A stretch of 64,000 bases of DNA from Gaiellaceae bacterium (GTDB lineage Bacteria > Actinomycetota > Thermoleophilia > Gaiellales > Gaiellaceae), in assembly GCA_035601195.1 (NCBI GenBank), contig DATNOU010000095.1, positions 3,002 through 67,001 of the forward strand. Direction: 5' to 3'. The notes beneath the pieces were generated by a model. It saw nothing but the letters and a program-made list of their open reading frames with translations, searched no databases and was not told the DNA's origin. Positions 52,229 through 60,901 of this stretch are shown here, piece after piece; position 1 is the first letter of the stretch; every line of letters begins with the position of its first letter. The position numbers and the translations under genes were made by a program.

Positions 52229-54096
52229 GACGGGTTGCCTGCGCAGTCCTGCTCGCGGCTCTTGTCCTCCCGGCGGCCGCTCTAGGCGCCGGGGAGGTCA
52301 AGCACGCCAATGCGACGAACTTTCCGCACGTCGAGCTGACGGTCGTCGCGCCCTCGTCGACTCAGACCCCGCCGAAGATTCGGGAGAACGGCCGGCCCGT
52401 CGCCGGGCTCGAGGCCACGAACCTCGGCTCCTCGAAGAGCGTCGTGGTCTGTATCGACCGCTCACACTCCATGGCGGGACAGGCGATCGCAGACGCGACG
52501 AGCGGTGCCCGCGCCTTTCTCGCCGCGAAGTCTCCCTCCGATCGGATCTCGATCTGCGCCTTCGGCAGCGAAGCTGAATCGTTGACCCGGTTCTCGACGT
52601 CGACCATCGACTCCGACACCGTTCTCCGGACGATGTACGTGGACACGGTCAAGGGCACGGCGCTCTACGACGCAGTCGTTCAGTCCGCCCATCAGTTGGC
52701 CACGGAGCCGAGCGGGGCGCGGGTCCTCGTTCTGCTGTCTGACGGGGCGAACTTCTCCGAGGGCGGGGCCACGATCGACGGCGCCATCCGGGCTGCGAAG
52801 AACAACGGCGTCGCCGTCTACGCAATTGGCATCGAGGCCGGGGGTTTCAGGCCCGAACCGCTCCAGAGGCTCGCGGATGCGACCGACGGCAACTACTACG
52901 GAGCCGCCTCGACAGAGGCGCTCGCAGACGTTTACACGTCGATCGCGGAGGACCTGCGCCGCACCTGGCAGCTCGACTACGTCACTTCGGCGCGGCCCGG
53001 CGATCTGCTCGACCTGGTCGTCAAGCTCCCCGGCGGCGGCCAGCTCACCGCTCACGTGACCGCCCCCGGGGACGCGCCCGCGGTGGCCGCCAAGCCCTCT
53101 CCGCTCCTGCCCGACTTCTTCTACACGAGTGACTGGGGTCTCCCGGTGCTCGCGGGTGTGGTCGCTCTGCTCGCGCTGATCGCGGCCGCGTTCGCGCTCG
53201 CATCGCCGAAGGGAACCTGGCTGCGCGGGCGGCTCGATCCCCACGTCGCGGCGACCCGGACGAAGGCCCTGAAGCGGGAGCGCGAAGGAAAGCGCTTCGC
53301 AATGTTCTCGGGTCTCTTCAAGGCAACCGAGAGCGTCTTCGGCAACCTCAAGCAATGGAAGAAGATCGACACGCTGCTCCAGCGCGCCGACGTGCCTCTC
53401 AGAACGCCTGAGTTTGCCTACATCATGCTCGGCTTCGGCCTGCTCTTTGGGTTCTTCTCGGCCGCGTTGAACCCGCAGCTCTGGTTCATGGCCGTCAGCT
53501 TCGCCGTTGGGGCCTTCCTCCCGTACGCGTTCCTCTCCTACAAGGCGCGCAAGCGGCTGAAGACATTCGACGAGCAGCTTCCCGACATGCTCGTGACGAT
53601 GGCCGCCTCCCTGAAGGCGGGCCACAGCTTCCGCCAGGGCGTCCAGAGCGTGGTGGACGAGGGGGTCGATCCGGCAGCCAAGGAGTTCACGCGCGTGCTC
53701 AACGAGACGCGGCTCGGGCGGCCCATGGACGACGCACTCGCCGAAATGGCGGCACGTGTCGGCTCGAAGAACTTCGAGTTCGTGATGAGCGCCGTGACAA
53801 TCCAGCGCCAGGTCGGAGGCTCGCTCGCCGGGCTCTTCGACATGGTCGCCGACACCGTGCGCCAGCGGCAGCAGTTCCACCGCAAGATCCGCGGCCTCAC
53901 GGCGATGGGACGCATGTCGGCGTACACGCTGGTCGGCCTTCCGTTCTTCGTCGGGCTGGCGATCTATGTGATCAACCGCGAGTACATGAAGCCGCTTCTC
54001 ACGACTTCCACCGGCCACAAGCTGATCATCCTGATGTTCGTGATGATGACGATCGGCTCGCTAATGCTGAAGAAGATCGTCTCGTTCAAAGGCTAG
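52225..54096 (+). CDS. tadB: Fusion protein: signal peptide + vWA domain + TadB (T2SSF) membrane domain
   Basis: 623 aa. The MIDAS motif is CIDRSHSM (DxSxS) with a vWA beta-strand LLSDGANFS. The C-terminal half has the T2SSF pattern (LPDMLVTMAASLKAGHSFRQG...). The GTG overlaps the cpaF stop. Confidence 0.75.
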   Translation: MRRVACAVLLAALVLPAAALGAGEVKHANATNFPHVELTVVAPSSTQTPPKIRENGRPVAGLEATNLGSSKSVVVCIDRSHSMAGQAIADATSGARAFLAAKSPSDRISICAFGSEAESLTRFSTSTIDSDTVLRTMYVDTVKGTALYDAVVQSAHQLATEPSGARVLVLLSDGANFSEGGATIDGAIRAAKNNGVAVYAIGIEAGGFRPEPLQRLADATDGNYYGAASTEALADVYTSIAEDLRRTWQLDYVTSARPGDLLDLVVKLPGGGQLTAHVTAPGDAPAVAAKPSPLLPDFFYTSDWGLPVLAGVVALLALIAAAFALASPKGTWLRGRLDPHVAATRTKALKREREGKRFAMFSGLFKATESVFGNLKQWKKIDTLLQRADVPLRTPEFAYIMLGFGLLFGFFSAALNPQLWFMAVSFAVGAFLPYAFLSYKARKRLKTFDEQLPDMLVTMAASLKAGHSFRQGVQSVVDEGVDPAAKEFTRVLNETRLGRPMDDALAEMAARVGSKNFEFVMSAVTIQRQVGGSLAGLFDMVADTVRQRQQFHRKIRGLTAMGRMSAYTLVGLPFFVGLAIYVINREYMKPLLTTSTGHKLIILMFVMMTIGSLMLKKIVSFKG

Positions 54097-54102
54097 GAGC
54101 TC

Positions 54103-55017
54103 ATGATCTTCCTACTCGTATTCGGTCTCGCTTCTCTCGGTCTCGCCGCTTACCTGATCGGCGAAGTGGCAACTCTCCCCGCGCGCCAGCGCGAGGGCAG
54201 CCTCCGCCGGGCCGCGACCTACGGCCATCGGCGCCGGGCCGCTCCGGGTCAGAGCCAGGAAGGCTTCCGCGAGCGGGCCGTGGAGCCAATGAAGATGGGC
54301 CTCGCGCACGCAGTCCTCAAGCTCAGCCCGCGCATGACTGTCGACAAGGTGAGCCGTCGGCTGATGGGGGCGGGCGTCGGTCGCGCATTCTCTCCGACGA
54401 GCTTCCTGGCGAGCAAGGCCGTCTTTGCCATTCTTGGCTTCCTCGGAGGCACGCTCCTCGGTGGCGTCGCGGGCAAAGGCTCGCTCGGCATCCTGCTGGC
54501 GCTCCTCTTTCTCTTCGTCGGCTTCATGCTCCCGGACATGTTCGTCTCGTTCAAGGCGCGGGGGCGCCGCGATGAGATCCGCGCGGGGCTTCCCGATGCG
54601 CTAGACCTACTCGCCGTCAGCGTCGAGGCCGGGCTCGGATTCGACGCTGCCATCGCGAAGCTGACGGAGCACATGGAAGGTCCGCTCGTCGACGAATTCG
54701 CGCTCTCCCTGGGCGAGATGCGCATCGGCGAGACGCGCCAGCACGCTCTCGAGAAGATGGTCCAACGCGTGCAGGCTCCGGAACTCGCCTCTTTCGTGCG
54801 GGCGATCATCCAGGCCGACCAGCTTGGTATCTCCCTCGGACGCATCCTGCGCGTGCAGGCGACCGACACGCGCAACAAGCGTCAGGCCGCGGCCGAAGAG
54901 AAGGCCATGAAGGCGCCGATCAAGATGCTCTTTCCGACGGCGCTCTTCATCTTCCCGTCCATGTTCCTGATCATCCTCGGACCGGCGTTCCTCAACTTCA
55001 AGGGCATCTTCTTCTAG
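54103..55017 (+). CDS. tadC: TadC (T2SSF domain) pilus assembly membrane protein
   Basis: 304 aa. LPDALDLLAVSVEAGLGFDAAI is the typical T2SSF motif. AGGAG lies upstream of the ATG. Confidence 0.8.
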   Translation: MIFLLVFGLASLGLAAYLIGEVATLPARQREGSLRRAATYGHRRRAAPGQSQEGFRERAVEPMKMGLAHAVLKLSPRMTVDKVSRRLMGAGVGRAFSPTSFLASKAVFAILGFLGGTLLGGVAGKGSLGILLALLFLFVGFMLPDMFVSFKARGRRDEIRAGLPDALDLLAVSVEAGLGFDAAIAKLTEHMEGPLVDEFALSLGEMRIGETRQHALEKMVQRVQAPELASFVRAIIQADQLGISLGRILRVQATDTRNKRQAAAEEKAMKAPIKMLFPTALFIFPSMFLIILGPAFLNFKGIFF

Positions 55018-55031
55018 GCCGGCGAGCGTCG

Positions 55032-56450
55032 ATGTCCGAAGACGACCAGCCTCGCAGCGACACCGAGACCGGGTTCGGGACTGGCCTCCGGGCCAAGCTC
55101 GTGGGCCGGCCTGACCACAACCGAGCAGGCGACAAGGCTGTGGCCACGGCGCCCCTCCAGGAAGTGGGAGCTCCGGCGGCGTACGGCGAGTCGAACGGCG
55201 ACACGGAGGCCCTCAGGGCCGAGCTGGCCGCCGCGCTCGAGCGTGAGCGCGAACTGCGCACCGAGCTCGCGACCCAGAGCGTTCTCCCAACCACCGACCT
55301 GAGCCCCCTCGAGGCCGAGCTAAACACCCGTTCGGCGGAACTCGACGCCTGGGCCGCCCGGCTGGCGGCCTCGGAGACCGAGCTCGAGGAGCGCGAGCGG
55401 CGTATTTCCGAGCAGGTCACGATGGTGCGAACCGAGAAGGAGCGCCTCTCCGAGATCGAGAACCGCGTGGTTGGGCAGGACGCTCTCAGCGCCGAGCGCG
55501 AGGCGCAGGTGGAGGCGAAGCTCCGCGAGCTGAGGGACGCCGAGCGCGAACACGAGCGGCTTCAGAGCCAGGTGCAGAAGCAGGCATCGAGCCTGGGCGG
55601 CCAGGAAACCAAGCTCGCCAAGCGCGAAGCCGCGGTCGAGGCCCGCGAGGCGGAGCTGACGGCCCGGCAGGACGCGCGCGAGCGGTCGCTCGCGGCGCGT
55701 GAGGCCGCCGTCCGCGAGCAGGAAAAGGGTTACTCGGCCGCGGAGGCCAAGATCGCGCACAGGGAGCGGGAGCTGGCCAAGCAGCTCGCCGCAGTGACCG
55801 CCAAGCAGGAGGCGCTCGAGGAGCGCGAGGCAGACCTCTTGAAGAAGCAAGAGCGGCTTCGCAACGACGCCACGCGTCTCGAGACCGAGCTTTCCGGCCA
55901 GGGCAAGGCGACCCAGGATGCGCTGGCTCGCCTTAAGGAGATGGAGACCCGCGAGCTGGAGATCGCCGCGCGCGAGGCCGAGCTCGGTCGTCGAGAGGCC
56001 TCGCTCGGGCGCGTCGAGAAGGACTCCGCCCGTGGTCGGGATCTCGAGGAGTACGAGGAGCGCCTGCGCGAGCGCGAGAAGGAGCTGGCCGAGCGCGAGG
56101 CCGAGCTCCAGAACGGCGAGCAGCTCACCGACTCCCAGAAGAGTCGCCTCGAGCGCAAGGAAAAGCGTCTCGCAGAGATGGAGGAGACGATCCGCGACCG
56201 CCTACGGGAGCTCGACGACCGCGAGGAGCAGGTCGAGCATCGCGAAGCCGGCGTCGAGGCCGACCACGACATTCGCGAAGACAAGCTCGAGCGGCGCGAG
56301 CAGGAGCTGGCCGAGCTCGAGGTGCGCCTCGCCACCAAGGAGAGCGAGCTCGCCTCCTACGTCCAGCAGATCCAGAGCCAGCTGAAAGACCGCGAAGCGA
56401 CCTGGTGGAACAAGGTCACCGGCGACGACGCGCCTGAAGAAGCCGCCTGA
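55032..56450 (+). CDS. Long coiled-coil protein (E/R/A/L-rich), last gene of the tad gene string
   Basis: 472 aa. After residue ~60 the sequence is almost entirely heptad-like ERE/AEL repeats. It starts 14 nt after tadC. Confidence 0.6.
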   Translation: MSEDDQPRSDTETGFGTGLRAKLVGRPDHNRAGDKAVATAPLQEVGAPAAYGESNGDTEALRAELAAALERERELRTELATQSVLPTTDLSPLEAELNTRSAELDAWAARLAASETELEERERRISEQVTMVRTEKERLSEIENRVVGQDALSAEREAQVEAKLRELRDAEREHERLQSQVQKQASSLGGQETKLAKREAAVEAREAELTARQDARERSLAAREAAVREQEKGYSAAEAKIAHRERELAKQLAAVTAKQEALEEREADLLKKQERLRNDATRLETELSGQGKATQDALARLKEMETRELEIAAREAELGRREASLGRVEKDSARGRDLEEYEERLREREKELAEREAELQNGEQLTDSQKSRLERKEKRLAEMEETIRDRLRELDDREEQVEHREAGVEADHDIREDKLERREQELAELEVRLATKESELASYVQQIQSQLKDREATWWNKVTGDDAPEEAA

Positions 56451-56619
56451 GAGTCCTCGACGGCGGCCGCTCTAGCCGGGCGGAGCCTGGCTCCGCGGGC
56501 CGCCTGACGCCGCTGACCGCAAGATGCTTCGCCCTCGGGACTCGGCCGTGCTATTTGCACTGTCCGTCGTCCCTCGGGCTTGCCTCTCTTGTCAGCGGCG
56601 CCCCAGAACCCTCAGGAAT

Positions 56620-57303
56620 CTAAGCTGCTGCCCCGTGGCGGAGAGCTTCCCGCCAGCGCTCGAGCGCTTCCCAGCAAGCCACGGTGTCGCCTGACACCTG
56701 CGCCCCTAGCTCTGCGGGACTCCCGGCCCAGTGCAGCTCGGCGACCTTCTTCTCGTCGGGGTCGGGCTCGGCGTGCGGCAAGAGGCGGGCGTGGTAGACG
56801 ACGAGCGCTGAGCCCGAGTCGTCGTTGACGCACACAGCAACCGGGCGGAAGCCCTCGAGGTCGTCTTCCTCGAGCCCGATCTCCTCGGCCGCGTCCTCGA
56901 GGACCGCGGTTCGGGGTTGCTCGCTCGGTGTGAGCCCTCCGGAGGCTGATGCCGTCCAGAGGAGGGGGTCCCGGCCGATCGAAGGTCCGCGGAGCTGGAA
57001 GAGAACTGGCCCCTCCGCCCGCTCGACGAAGAGCTGGACGCCGAGCGCGAAGCCGAGCCGAAAGGCAAGCGTGGGCTCCTCGAAGACGACCATCGCCTCC
57101 GCATAGCGTCCCGCGCGGCGCAGGATCGCGCCGTCGGCCGACACCCCGTGGCAGAAGGCGATCGGCCCGTCGAAGCGGCTCGGTGTCCTGGAGAGGAGGC
57201 GTTCTGCGTTCCGAAGCGCCTGGCCGACCGCTGGGTCGGCCGGAAGCGAGAAGGGGAAGGGACGGAAGCGAGGCTCGCCGTCGAGCAGGACGATTGCACG
57301 CAT
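56620..57303 (-). CDS. NUDIX hydrolase family protein
   Basis: 227 aa. GGLTPSEQPRTAVLEDAAEEIGL approximates the Nudix box G-x5-E-x7-REuxEExGu, with RE replaced by ED. Confidence 0.6.
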   Translation of the reverse strand: MRAIVLLDGEPRFRPFPFSLPADPAVGQALRNAERLLSRTPSRFDGPIAFCHGVSADGAILRRAGRYAEAMVVFEEPTLAFRLGFALGVQLFVERAEGPVLFQLRGPSIGRDPLLWTASASGGLTPSEQPRTAVLEDAAEEIGLEEDDLEGFRPVAVCVNDDSGSALVVYHARLLPHAEPDPDEKKVAELHWAGSPAELGAQVSGDTVACWEALERWREALRHGAAA

Positions 57304-57356
57304 ACGGGCGCAACCAAGTGTGACTGGACCATCGGCTTGGAGGGAAGGACGCGGGG

Positions 57357-58400
57357 GTGGCGAGGCTGAGGAGAGTCGATTGCTCAGGACCTGGGATCGA
57401 GCGTCGCCGGCGCGGCCGGGGTTTCGAGTACTTCGCGAACGGCGAGCGGATCGAAGACACTGAGATCCTCCAGCGCATCCGCGAGCTCGTCCTCCCGCCC
57501 GCCTGGGAGAACGTCTGGATCTGCCCGTACCCCATGGGCCACATCCAGGCTGTCGGCACGGACGCGGCCGGGCGCCGGCAGTACGTCTATCACCAGCGCT
57601 GGCGCGAGCGACGCGACCAGGAGAAGTTCGACGAGATGATCCGCTTCGCTCGGGCGCTTCCGCGCGTGCGTAAGACCGCCGCCGGCCACCTCGGCCAGAA
57701 GAAGGTGACGAGGGAGCGTGTGCTCGCCGGCGCGGTGCGCCTGCTCGACCGCGGATTCTTCCGGATCGGGACGGAGGGCTACGCAGAGCAGAACCAGACG
57801 TATGGCCTCGCCACGATGCAAAGGCGGCACGTGACGCTCCAGGAGGACGGCGTCCTGAGATTCGACTACGTCGCCAAGGGCGGCAAGCGGCGCGTCCAGT
57901 CGATTGTTGATCCGGAGGTGTACGCCCTCGTCAAGGTTCTGAAGCGCCGCCGGGGAGGAACCGGGCTACTCGCCTACCGGAACGGGCGCAGCTGGGTCGA
58001 CGTCCGCTCCGACGACATCAACGACTACATCAAGGAGATCACTGGAGAGGACTTCTCGGCGAAGGACTTCCGCACCTGGAATGCGACCGTCATCGCCGCC
58101 GTCGCGCTCGCCGTCTCCGGTCGCGCGGCCGCCACCAAGACAGCGCGGAAGCGGGCGGTCGCGCGGGCTATCAAGGAGGTCGCCCACTATCTCGGGAACA
58201 CTCCGGCCGTCTGTCGCGCGTCCTATATCGACCCGCGCGTCTTCGACCGCTATCACGACGGATTCACCATCGGCGGCGCGCTCGACGGGCTCGGGGAAGC
58301 CGTGGCTCTCGGCCAACCTTCCTTCCAGGGCGCGGTCGAGGAAGCTGTGCTCGACCTGCTGGAGGAGGAGCGAACGTCCGCGATCGAGAAGGTCGCCTAA
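57357..58400 (+). CDS. DNA topoisomerase IB (poxvirus-like bacterial TopIB)
   Basis: 347 aa. Motifs GFEYF, ILPPAWENVWICP, GTDAAGRRQYVYH, AKDFRTWNATV and the C-terminal LGNTPAVCRASYIDP (catalytic Tyr context) are present. Confidence 0.85.
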   Translation: MARLRRVDCSGPGIERRRRGRGFEYFANGERIEDTEILQRIRELVLPPAWENVWICPYPMGHIQAVGTDAAGRRQYVYHQRWRERRDQEKFDEMIRFARALPRVRKTAAGHLGQKKVTRERVLAGAVRLLDRGFFRIGTEGYAEQNQTYGLATMQRRHVTLQEDGVLRFDYVAKGGKRRVQSIVDPEVYALVKVLKRRRGGTGLLAYRNGRSWVDVRSDDINDYIKEITGEDFSAKDFRTWNATVIAAVALAVSGRAAATKTARKRAVARAIKEVAHYLGNTPAVCRASYIDPRVFDRYHDGFTIGGALDGLGEAVALGQPSFQGAVEEAVLDLLEEERTSAIEKVA

Positions 58401-58451
58401 AGGTCGCGAGTCCTGGCCACGGCGTTCCCGTCACGTGTAGCGTCCAGGCCT

Positions 58452-59234
58452 ATGGCCAAGCTGGCGCCGGAGGAGATGTGGAGACAGATGCTGACGGGCA
58501 ACTACCCCCGTCTGCACGGCATGCGGCGAATGTGGGGCGCGCTCCCCTCCCCGCCGCGCTGCAAGCTCTGCAACGCCCCTTTCCGGGGGCCTGGTGGCGT
58601 CCTGATGCGGGCCATTCGTTACGGCCCCTCGACGTTGAACCGACGGCTCTGCAAGTGGTGCATACGGGCGGTTCACAAGCATCCCGGGGGCGCTGAGGTC
58701 GAGATCTCAGTGCTGTTTGCGGACGTCCGCGGGTCGACGGCAATCGCGGAGCGCATGCTGCCTGAGGAGTTCTCACGCTTGATGTCACGCTTCTATGGGG
58801 CGGCGGCCGAGGTGATCGACGAACGGGATGGCATCGTCGACAAGTTCGTCGGAGACAGCGCAGTGGCGCTCTTCATTCCCGGCTTCGCCGGGAGCGACCA
58901 TGCGGCGGACGCGATCGCGGCCGCGCGGGGCCTACTCGAGCAGATCGGCAACGAGGGGTCAGAGCCATGGATTCCGGTCGGCGCCGGCGTGCACACCGGC
59001 CAGTCCTTCGTGGGCACCGTCGGGGAAGGCGATGCCCGAGACTTCACGGCCCTCGGCGACACGGTCAATATCACCGCGCGGATCACGGCCCTGGCCGGGG
59101 CGGGTGAGATTCTCATCAGCGCCAAGGCAGCCACGGCCGGCGGACTCGATACAACCGGGCTCGAACGACGGACGCTGGAGCTACGTGGCAAGGACCAGAC
59201 CGTCGACGCGTGGGTTGTCAACGGCTCGAGTTGA
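58452..59234 (+). CDS. Class III adenylate/guanylate cyclase with N-terminal CxxC...CxxC zinc-ribbon-like segment
   Basis: 260 aa. The cyclase motifs are VLFADVRGST, KFVGDSAVALF and GDTVNITARI. The N-terminal segment has CKLC...CKWC. Confidence 0.8.
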   Translation: MAKLAPEEMWRQMLTGNYPRLHGMRRMWGALPSPPRCKLCNAPFRGPGGVLMRAIRYGPSTLNRRLCKWCIRAVHKHPGGAEVEISVLFADVRGSTAIAERMLPEEFSRLMSRFYGAAAEVIDERDGIVDKFVGDSAVALFIPGFAGSDHAADAIAAARGLLEQIGNEGSEPWIPVGAGVHTGQSFVGTVGEGDARDFTALGDTVNITARITALAGAGEILISAKAATAGGLDTTGLERRTLELRGKDQTVDAWVVNGSS

Positions 59235-59505
59235 GAGCCGTCGTTTATTCAGAGGCGGGTAGGCCGGAGGTGCTCCGCGTGGTCGAGCGGCCTGTTCCGG
59301 AGCCGGGACCGGTGAGGTTCGTGTTGCAGTGCACGTCTCGGGCGTCAACCCCACCGATTGGAAGGCTCGCCGTGGCAGGGGCAGGGATGGGCAGCTTCCG
59401 TTTCCCGAGGTCGTGCCGAATCAGGATGGGGCTGGAACCGGCCGGTTAGTTCGTGATCGTTTTCCCGCGGCCACATCGTCGCCGGCACCTTCAGGTTCTG
59501 GAGCT
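59231..59505 (+). pseudogene. N-terminal fragment of a zinc-type alcohol dehydrogenase / NADPH:quinone oxidoreductase, frameshifted and truncated
   Basis: The TTG start gives LRAVVYSEAGRPEVLRVVERPVPEPGP. After a missing G near 59311-59313, the -1 frame reads GEVRVAVHVSGVNPTDWKARRG...PFPEVVPNQDGAG. Similarity is lost after about 70 codons. Confidence 0.6.
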
Positions 59506-59530
59506 TGAAACCGCCGCGGGGACGGCGGCG

Positions 59531-60478
59531 TCAGTCGAGCTCGGTCGGGAGCTTGAACACTGTGAACAGCTCCGGATCGCCGGCGAAGCCGGTGATGCCC
59601 GCGATGCGCTCGCCGGCTATCGCGAAAACCATGATCCCGTAGGCGCGGGGCGGTTCCGCAGGGGACTCCTGAACGTACGCGGCAAGCACCGGCTGCCTGT
59701 TCGCGCGGGCGGGCAGCAGCCGGATCAGGTCGAGGCGACCGCCCAGCGGCACCGTGGCGAAGAAGCCGCCGATCGCTGCGGGTCCGGCGACGCGCATTTG
59801 CTCGGGCGGCATTGTCATCAGCGCGTCGCCTGCCAGCAGGGATGTCAAGCGCTCGATGTCGACCGCCTCCCACGCGTCGATGAAGCTGCGCATGAGCGCC
59901 GCCTCCGCGCGTGCGTCGGCCGGCGTGTGCACGCGTGCGAGCGTGCCCTCCCGACGCTCGCGCTCGACTCGGTCGCGTGCGCGCTGCAGCGCGCTGGTCG
60001 TCGCCGCGACGCTGATGCCGAGGGTCTCCGCGGCCTCGCGCGCCGACCAGCCCAGTACGTCCCGCAGGACGAGCGCCGCCCGTTGTCGCGGGGGCAGGAG
60101 CTGCATCGCTGCCACGAAAGCGAGGCCGATCGTCTCGCGGCGCTCGGCCTCGCGCTCGGGCGTCTGCGGCTCGAGCAGTACGTCGGGATACGGCTGCAGG
60201 TGCGCGTCCACCGTCGCCGACCGGCGGTCGCGCTGGTCGATCATCCGCAGGCAGACGTTCGTCGCGATCCGGTAAAGCCACGACGAGAGCTCCGCGCGCG
60301 GCTCGAAGCGCTCGATGCCGCGCCAAGCGCGCAGCATCGTCTCCTGGAGCGCGTCGTCGGCGTCGTGCACGGATCCGAGCATCCGGTAGCAATGCGCGTG
60401 CAGCCGGCGGCGCAGAGGCGCCGTCAGCTGGACGAACGCCTGCTCGTCGCCGGCCGCGGCCGCGGTCAGCAGCTCCAT
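59531..60478 (-). CDS. ECF sigma factor with SnoaL-like C-terminal extension (ECF41 / SigJ-like type)
   Basis: 315 aa. Sigma region 2 (DALQETMLRAWRG, SWLYRIATN), the region 4 HTH (SAREAAETLGISVAATTSALQRAR) and a C-terminal domain of about 120 aa are present. Confidence 0.85.
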   Translation of the reverse strand: MELLTAAAAGDEQAFVQLTAPLRRRLHAHCYRMLGSVHDADDALQETMLRAWRGIERFEPRAELSSWLYRIATNVCLRMIDQRDRRSATVDAHLQPYPDVLLEPQTPEREAERRETIGLAFVAAMQLLPPRQRAALVLRDVLGWSAREAAETLGISVAATTSALQRARDRVERERREGTLARVHTPADARAEAALMRSFIDAWEAVDIERLTSLLAGDALMTMPPEQMRVAGPAAIGGFFATVPLGGRLDLIRLLPARANRQPVLAAYVQESPAEPPRAYGIMVFAIAGERIAGITGFAGDPELFTVFKLPTELD

Positions 60479-60487
60479 GCGCGGACG

Positions 60488-60901
60488 TTACGCCGGCATC
60501 GGCGGTGGCGCGCCGAGCTCCGTCCACGTGGGTGCATCGAACGCTCCCGGCCTCCCGCCGAGTGCGATGAACCGGATGCCCTCAGGCCCAGGCACGATCC
60601 GCCGCTCTTGTTCCGGGCCGACGCGCGCCATCATCCCTGGCGCGAGCTCGAACCGCTCGTCCCCTGCGACGAGCGTCGCCGACCCGGAGAGGGGGATGTA
60701 GACCTCTTCCTGGTTCGGGTCGAACGCAGTCGCGCTGTGGGAGTGTTCCGGGTAGCCGTCCCAATCCGGGGGCAGCGTCAGCACTTGCATGCCCCAGGCC
60801 GAGACCCCGAGCGTCGCCCGTGCCCGGCGCGCGAGTCCGCCGTGGATCGGCTCCATCTCGTCGATCGCCGCCACCTTCACGTCCGTCGTCGCCACCTTCA
60901 T
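60488..60901 (-). CDS. Cupin domain protein
   Basis: The Met at 60901 is preceded by GAAGGAGG. 137 aa, with the cupin motifs PEHSHS...EEVYIPLSG. Confidence 0.7.
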   Translation of the reverse strand: MKVATTDVKVAAIDEMEPIHGGLARRARATLGVSAWGMQVLTLPPDWDGYPEHSHSATAFDPNQEEVYIPLSGSATLVAGDERFELAPGMMARVGPEQERRIVPGPEGIRFIALGGRPGAFDAPTWTELGAPPPMPA

